A stretch of DNA of 64,000 bases from Klebsormidium nitens (taxonomy: Eukaryota; Plantae; Klebsormidiophyceae), in assembly GCA_000708835.1 (NCBI GenBank), contig DF237260.1, positions 1-64,000 of the forward strand, written 5' to 3'. Every line of letters starts with the position of its first letter. Position 1 is the first letter of the stretch. Of this stretch, positions 58,676-64,000 are shown piece after piece. Both the position numbers and the translations under genes were made by a program. The notes below the pieces were generated by a model that made no database searches, was not told where the DNA came from, and was given only the letters and a program-made list of their open reading frames with translations.

Positions 58676-61600
58676 CTAGCTGCCCCACGCCTTCTTGCCC
58701 CGCTGCAGCTTCTTCTTGAAACCCTTCGAATCTTTCCGCCGATTGACACGGCTCTTGAGCTTGGCCCGCTGCGCCGCGAGCGGAGCGCGCTTCATTTTCG
58801 CCTTCTGCTTCTCCTTGTTGCTCGCGCCACCCGACTTCTTCTTGCCGCGCGCCTTGGACGACCCGAACCGGCCGCGGTCCTCGCGCCCGGCTTGGATGGA
58901 CGCCATACGTTGCTCCTGGAGGAGTAATCAAGCGCGTAAACGGCAGGAGTAAACAGCGCCTTCAAATCAGACCTTTAGATTCATCGTTGGTAAAAGATAC
59001 ACAGAAGACGGAGAAGCGCGGGCGAAAGAAGGAGACAGACCGAGAAGCGACGACTCCGCACACGAGGAGCTCGAACGCGGTCAACTTTGGGTCCGAGGTG
59101 CTGTTTACGCAACAAACTCACGTCTACGTCAGCAGCTCAGTACCAGCCTAACCGTACACGTCTTGCCCGGCACTCTCTGATAGCGGATAGGCAATAAATC
59201 GAAGCGAAAAAGACACAGAAAGACCCACTTTGCTCCACCTTGTCAAAATTCGTACCAAACAAGAACATCTCACCTTCTCCCGCTTCTTCCGTATCGTTGC
59301 GTCCAAGTCCCCTGGGTCCACGCGCCGCTCGCTCAGGTCCCCGCGGGCCTTGGTCGGTGCGGCGTCGCCCTCTTTCCCCTTCACTTTCCGCACGCCGTGC
59401 TTCGCCATCGCCGCCTCCAGGGCCTTCTTCGCCTGCAGCCGCCGGATCCGCCGGAAGTCCTCGTCCGACAAAATCCCGTCCGCGCTGACGTCAGCGATGA
59501 CGTCATCCTCCGCCACCGTTACTGCCGACAGCTCCGCCGCCTTGCGCTTCAAGCTGCGCAGGCTCGCCGAGGCGTTGACCGCCGGCGTCCCGTCGTTCGC
59601 CGGTTCGCTAGGACCCGCCACGTCGGGTCCGCTTTTCGCGATGACGTCAGCAAGCTCGTCATTGTCGTCGGACGACCCTGCCTCGTCGTCCGAGCCGGCG
59701 TCCGCTCCCTCGCCGCCGGATTCCGCGGCCTCGTCACCGGAACCCGCCTCCTCGGCGTCGGAGTCCGCCCCCTCGTCGTCCGAGTCCATATCCTCAAAGC
59801 CCTCGCTTTCCTCCCCGCTCTCGTTCTCTCTCCCTTCCACAAACTCCGCATTCAGACTCCCATTCGCGTCTCTCTCGTGCACTCTCTGCTTCTTTCTAGA
59901 GGGATCCCCCTCAGCCTCTTTTCCGATCTCCTCCTCTCCCTCCGCGAAAGTCTTCCTCTTTCTAGAGACCCGTTCTTCCGCGTCGCTATCTTCTTCGTCG
60001 CTTCCCTCTTCGTCGCTCGATTCCGTGTCCGGTTCCGCCAGGAGCTCCGCTCCCGGAACGCTGGACGGAACCTCCTTTTCTCCATACGCTTTGGGCTTGG
60101 CCTCGAGATCGGCACCGCGCCCGCGGTCCTTCTTTTCAAGCAGGGACGGCGCGAGCTGTGGAAGGAATCGAACCATGTCAATCGATGAAACCGATAATGG
60201 CACCCGAATTCAGCGCGAAGCAGTAGGGGATGCTTTCCTCAAGTGATGAGTCGTTCGACAGGGTGATTCAGTTTGTGAAAATGCTCGTCTTGAGCGAGAA
60301 GACCAGTTTCGGCGCCTAAGGTCCTGGCATCTGCTTTCAACCTCCTCTTACCAAGGGCTGAGGCCAAGATGACGATACCCAAAAGCAGCCCCTAGGTACG
60401 ACTTGCAGATTGGCCTCCATATAGGAAGCCCTACCTCCCGGAACAGCGAGATGAGCGAGCGCGCAGCGGTCGCGACGGCCTTCTCGCGCGACTTCTTGTA
60501 GAGCGCGAGGTCTTGCAGCAGGTCCGCGGTCATGAGCAGCGGCATGCGCGCGCACAGCTCGCGCACCGTCTTCAGGCCGACGGCCATCACCTCGGGGCGC
60601 GCGCGGTCGTGCACGAACTGGTTCACCAGCTGCCGCAGAACGGGCTCAACCGCGTCGGGAGGAACCTGTAACCAGGAAAAAGGGGCGGGGGAGTGAAGAT
60701 TGGTCTGAATTAGCGTGGTAGTGCACGGATCGGTTCACCAGCTCAACTGGCGCAGCACCGGCTCCACCGCGTCGGGGGGGACCTGAGACACCAGAAAGAA
60801 GGGGGGGAGAGTGAAAAACTTGATCATGCAGGATGCGCGCCGGTCGTGAATGGAATCACGGGCGCAGCACCGAATAGACCCCATCGGGGGGGGACCTGGA
60901 ACCAGAAGAAAAAGCGGAGGGAGATGATGATTTTGCATCTGATGTGCGTGCGGTCTTGCACGACTGAATTACCAGGTGCTGTAGAACCGGCTGCACCACA
61001 ACTGGGGGACCTGCCAGAGCTGTACCAGACTTTACTTTTGGTAACCGCAGTCGAAGCTGCTGCACGTATCAAAGTGCGTTGCATGATGGAGTTTTCCGGA
61101 TCAAAAGTGCCGACATGGGATCCCTTATAGAAGGGAATAGCGGTTAAAACAGAACTTAATACCTTCAAGAAAGGGGTTCGCAATCCGATCAAATTATGTA
61201 GCTTCAAAGCGATGCTTGCCGTGAAGGTTAGGAATTAGGCCTCACCTGGTCGTGGCAGGCCTGCACGAGCGCGGCGAGGAGGTGGGTGACGTCACGCTGA
61301 TGCGGCTGCACGTAGCGCTGGAGGTACGGGTAGAAGTTGAGCAGCAGCAGGCGGTGCACGCCGATGACGCGCGAGATGACGTTCATCATCATCAGCTTCA
61401 CCTGCGCGGAAGCACGGGGATGACGTCAGCTTGAGAAACACCTGGATGACGTCAAGGACGAGCCGCAGAATGCACAAGTGAGCACCTTTACAAGGTGCAT
61501 TGCGTTCCGACCGTCCGGGGTCGTTATTTTTCGCCTTCTGCTGCTTTCTCGAACACCTAAGACAGGAAGACAGAAGACGAAAATGAAGAAGAGAGAAGGC

Positions 61601-64000
61601 AAAACCGAATGACAGGACCACAAGCGATCAGCGGTTCTCGGGAGTGACAGGAAGGCACAAATTGGGAGGCAGACCGTAGGTATCTGAGAAAGCTCACAGC
61701 GCATCTCATCACAGCGAGGAGTGTGAAGACCGAGGGATCGAAGAAGCACAATTGAACCTTAGACGGAGAGATGAAAGAAGCACAAACAAATCGTAAGACA
61801 GAGAGATCAAAGGAGCAGAAATGAAGGGGTCATAGCGCACCTCGAACCGCTCGCTGCACGCGCGCAGCCGCGCAAACAGCCGCTCCACAAAGCCCTGCGG
61901 GTCATTCAGCAGCTGCAGCGCCGCAAAGCTGACGGCGCCCCCGCCCTCCTTCGACCGCTGCTGCTTCTTCAAGCTCTGCATCACTCGCTTCAATTTCGCC
62001 TGCTTCTTCTTCTTGCTGCTTCCCGTCCCCTTTTTGTAAGCTTTGTAAATATCTTCCTTGTTTGGCTGCACAGCGGGGGTTGCCCCTGGGGCTTCGTCGT
62101 CGCTGGACTCGGATTCGGAGCCGTCGTCGGTGCGCTCGTCGGTGCCGAGGAAGAACTTGAGGGCGGCGATCATGATCCTGAGAAGGGGTACGTTGATACT
62201 TTGAGACTTCGGAACAGGCTATAGCTGTCAACACGTAGAGGGGGGAAAGAAAAGATTCAGATGGTCGTAAAGTGCAACAACTGGTTCGAATTTCGAGCCG
62301 TCGTTGGTGCGCTCATTGATGCCGAGAAAAGACTTGCGGGCCGCTCTTAAAAAGCCTGATGACAGAAGTGACAGAAGTGACAGAAGACGCCTTGCAAATG
62401 ATAATTGAGTCAGGTCGAACGGGCTCGAAAGAAACGATGAGTGACAACCACTCTGCTATGACGACCCGAAAAGACTTGCTCGAAACAAAGTCAAGCATTT
62501 GAAACCTCCTCTGCAGCGGTCTTTTCGACAAGACTTCAATCTAGGTGTAGAAGCTTTAGATATAGTAAGCTAACCAGCCTGGGACGGATGGGGTTAATCT
62601 GGGGTTTGGGGTAGTGCGGGTACCGAGCGGGTGATTGTGAGGGTTGGATTTTCAATGTCAGGGTAGAAACTTACTATACCTAGAGCTTACTGTACCTGAA
62701 TGAAGGCGTCCTTTCAAGCCTACCCGATCAAGAAAGGAGGACGTGGTAGTGACAGCTGAAAGAGTCGAAGTACCAACAAGATCTCTGTTGACGATGACGA
62801 ACTCACATTCGAGCCCTCCCCCAAGCGTCTGGCCACCTCCACCTAGTCTAGATACAGCCCAACAAGAAACAATAATGTGAAGATGTACCACACTGCAACT
62901 CAGTATCAGAATCCTAAGGCCCAGAGCAAGGGTAACAAAAGCAAGTATTCCTAACAATCAAAACTTCGAATATCTTCAGACCACTCACCTCGACTTGCTG
63001 TGCTGGCAGGCGCTCGCGATCACGTTTACCGAGCGCGCGTCCGTCCACACTTGACGCTTGTGCAGCTCGATCAGCACCGCGAGCGACTTCTTTGCGGCGG
63101 TCTCGTTCTCGTCGTTGACCATGCTGTAGAGGAAGTTTTGCAGCGAGCGGTTCATGCGCTCGTCGCGGTGCTTCCGGTTGAGCGCGCTGATGTCGTGCAC
63201 GATGTGCGAGAAGAGCAGCTGGCGGAGCGACTTGTCGGGGCAGCGGAAGAGGCGGAAGAAGAGCGGGAACAGCGTCGCGGGGCCGACCACCTGCGACGGG
63301 TCGGGAAAGGCATGAAGTGAGGTGCTGACGGAGTCATCAGATTAATAACCGCCAATCCGTAGTCGGCATCTTATGGTTGAGACTAGGACAGTATCTGAAT
63401 ATCTTCAAGCCCCCAACTGTCAGTTTGTGGACGGAAACGGTTCAATATACTTGAGATCGACTTATCTTGCTTGAGGAAGAAGGAAAATCATCAAAGGGAC
63501 CGAAGGTGTTGCAAAAGAAATGGTGGAGAGATTCTTGGGAGGTGGATAGAAGGTCGTGGCAGGAATTGGCGTACAGTCACTGGCAATAAGGGGAGGGACA
63601 AGCTTGTTCATGTTTCAGGCTGGCCTAAGACGCGCCAACTCAGACGACTCCTTGGAATGTACGTAACCAATATATTTCTGGAAATTGCAATACACTCTAA
63701 GTCCTCCACTCCCCGCAATGCGTCTCTCCTTCGACCTTGGAATCAATAAATAGCTGTTGCAACAGAAGAAGCAAAACGCAAGAAACACCAAGTCCAATGC
63801 TGGGGTGTATGACGCAAAGGTGCACGACCATGATTGGACCTCCCCGCCAAACCTAGTGCACAGGGATCCCCTCACCTGCTTGTTCCTGAGAAGAATTAGC
63901 GCTTGCGCAAGGGTCTTGCGCAAGCCATGATCCAGAATCATGCTGTGCTGGTCTAGCAGGTCCATGATCTCTTGGGGAAAAGTAGCCAAGTCCTTGGGGT
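58676..64000 (-). CDS. SDA1: Protein SDA1 homolog (60S ribosomal subunit biogenesis/export), 5' part outside the window
   Basis: Exons >64000-63876, 63290-62989, 62177-61841, 61401-61246, 60665-60435, 60155-59274, 58915-58676 have consistent phases. Motifs: LRKTLAQALILLRNK, LFFRLFRCPDKSLRQLL, VWTDARSVNVIASAC, LLNDPQGFVERLF, QACHDQVPPD, AVGLKTVRELCARMP, SNKEKQKAK. Confidence 0.96.
60640..61030 (-). repeat. ~115-bp periodic repeats, each containing a copy of the SDA1 acceptor and the start of the VPPDAVEPVLRQ exon
   Basis: cag|gt(t/c)cc.cc motifs give exon starts at 60665 (real), 60782, 60895 and 61010, with divergence increasing upstream. Confidence 0.85.
62583..62691 (+). repeat. Dispersed telomere-like repeat element in an SDA1 intron
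   Basis: gacggatggggttaatctggggtt...gagcgggtgatt...aaacttactatacctagagcttact matches 32805-32910. Confidence 0.6.

Noticed and set aside
59230-60246. Long plus-strand ORFs (338 aa and 263 aa)
   Set aside because: They are antisense shadows of the GC-rich, low-complexity SDA1 exon 60155-59274.

Overview
Intron-rich eukaryotic genomic DNA (GT-AG introns, donors GTGAG/GTGCG/GTAAG). A Pelle-type plant receptor kinase together with this intron style suggests a streptophyte alga, Klebsormidium-like (inference). Left to right: (1) fragments of an unknown minus-strand gene embedded in a 114-bp repeat, plus a small TIR-bounded element; (2) a Crinkler/RHS-type P-loop NTPase + restriction-endonuclease-fold gene (minus); (3) three tandem ~10.5-11.8 kb copies of a 12-exon receptor-like kinase whose ectodomain has TWO 12-Cys SPARK-like domains; (4) U11/U12 snRNP 48K (minus); (5) a tRNA-like structured element; (6) a Cys-type omega-like GST; (7) a gene with an oleosin-like proline-knot hairpin; (8) SDA1 (minus, runs off the right edge). 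The most striking observation concerns the RLK array. Copy 2 is intact. Copy 3 carries four disabling lesions, all inside exons 2-4, which form a phase-1/phase-1 cassette holding most of SPARK domain 1 and can be skipped in frame. Copy 1 has a perfect 79-bp duplication of the exon-5 acceptor, which would truncate the protein right after SPARK domain 1. Short tandem duplications straddling splice junctions recur across the window. All exon models were derived by eye; no searches were run.
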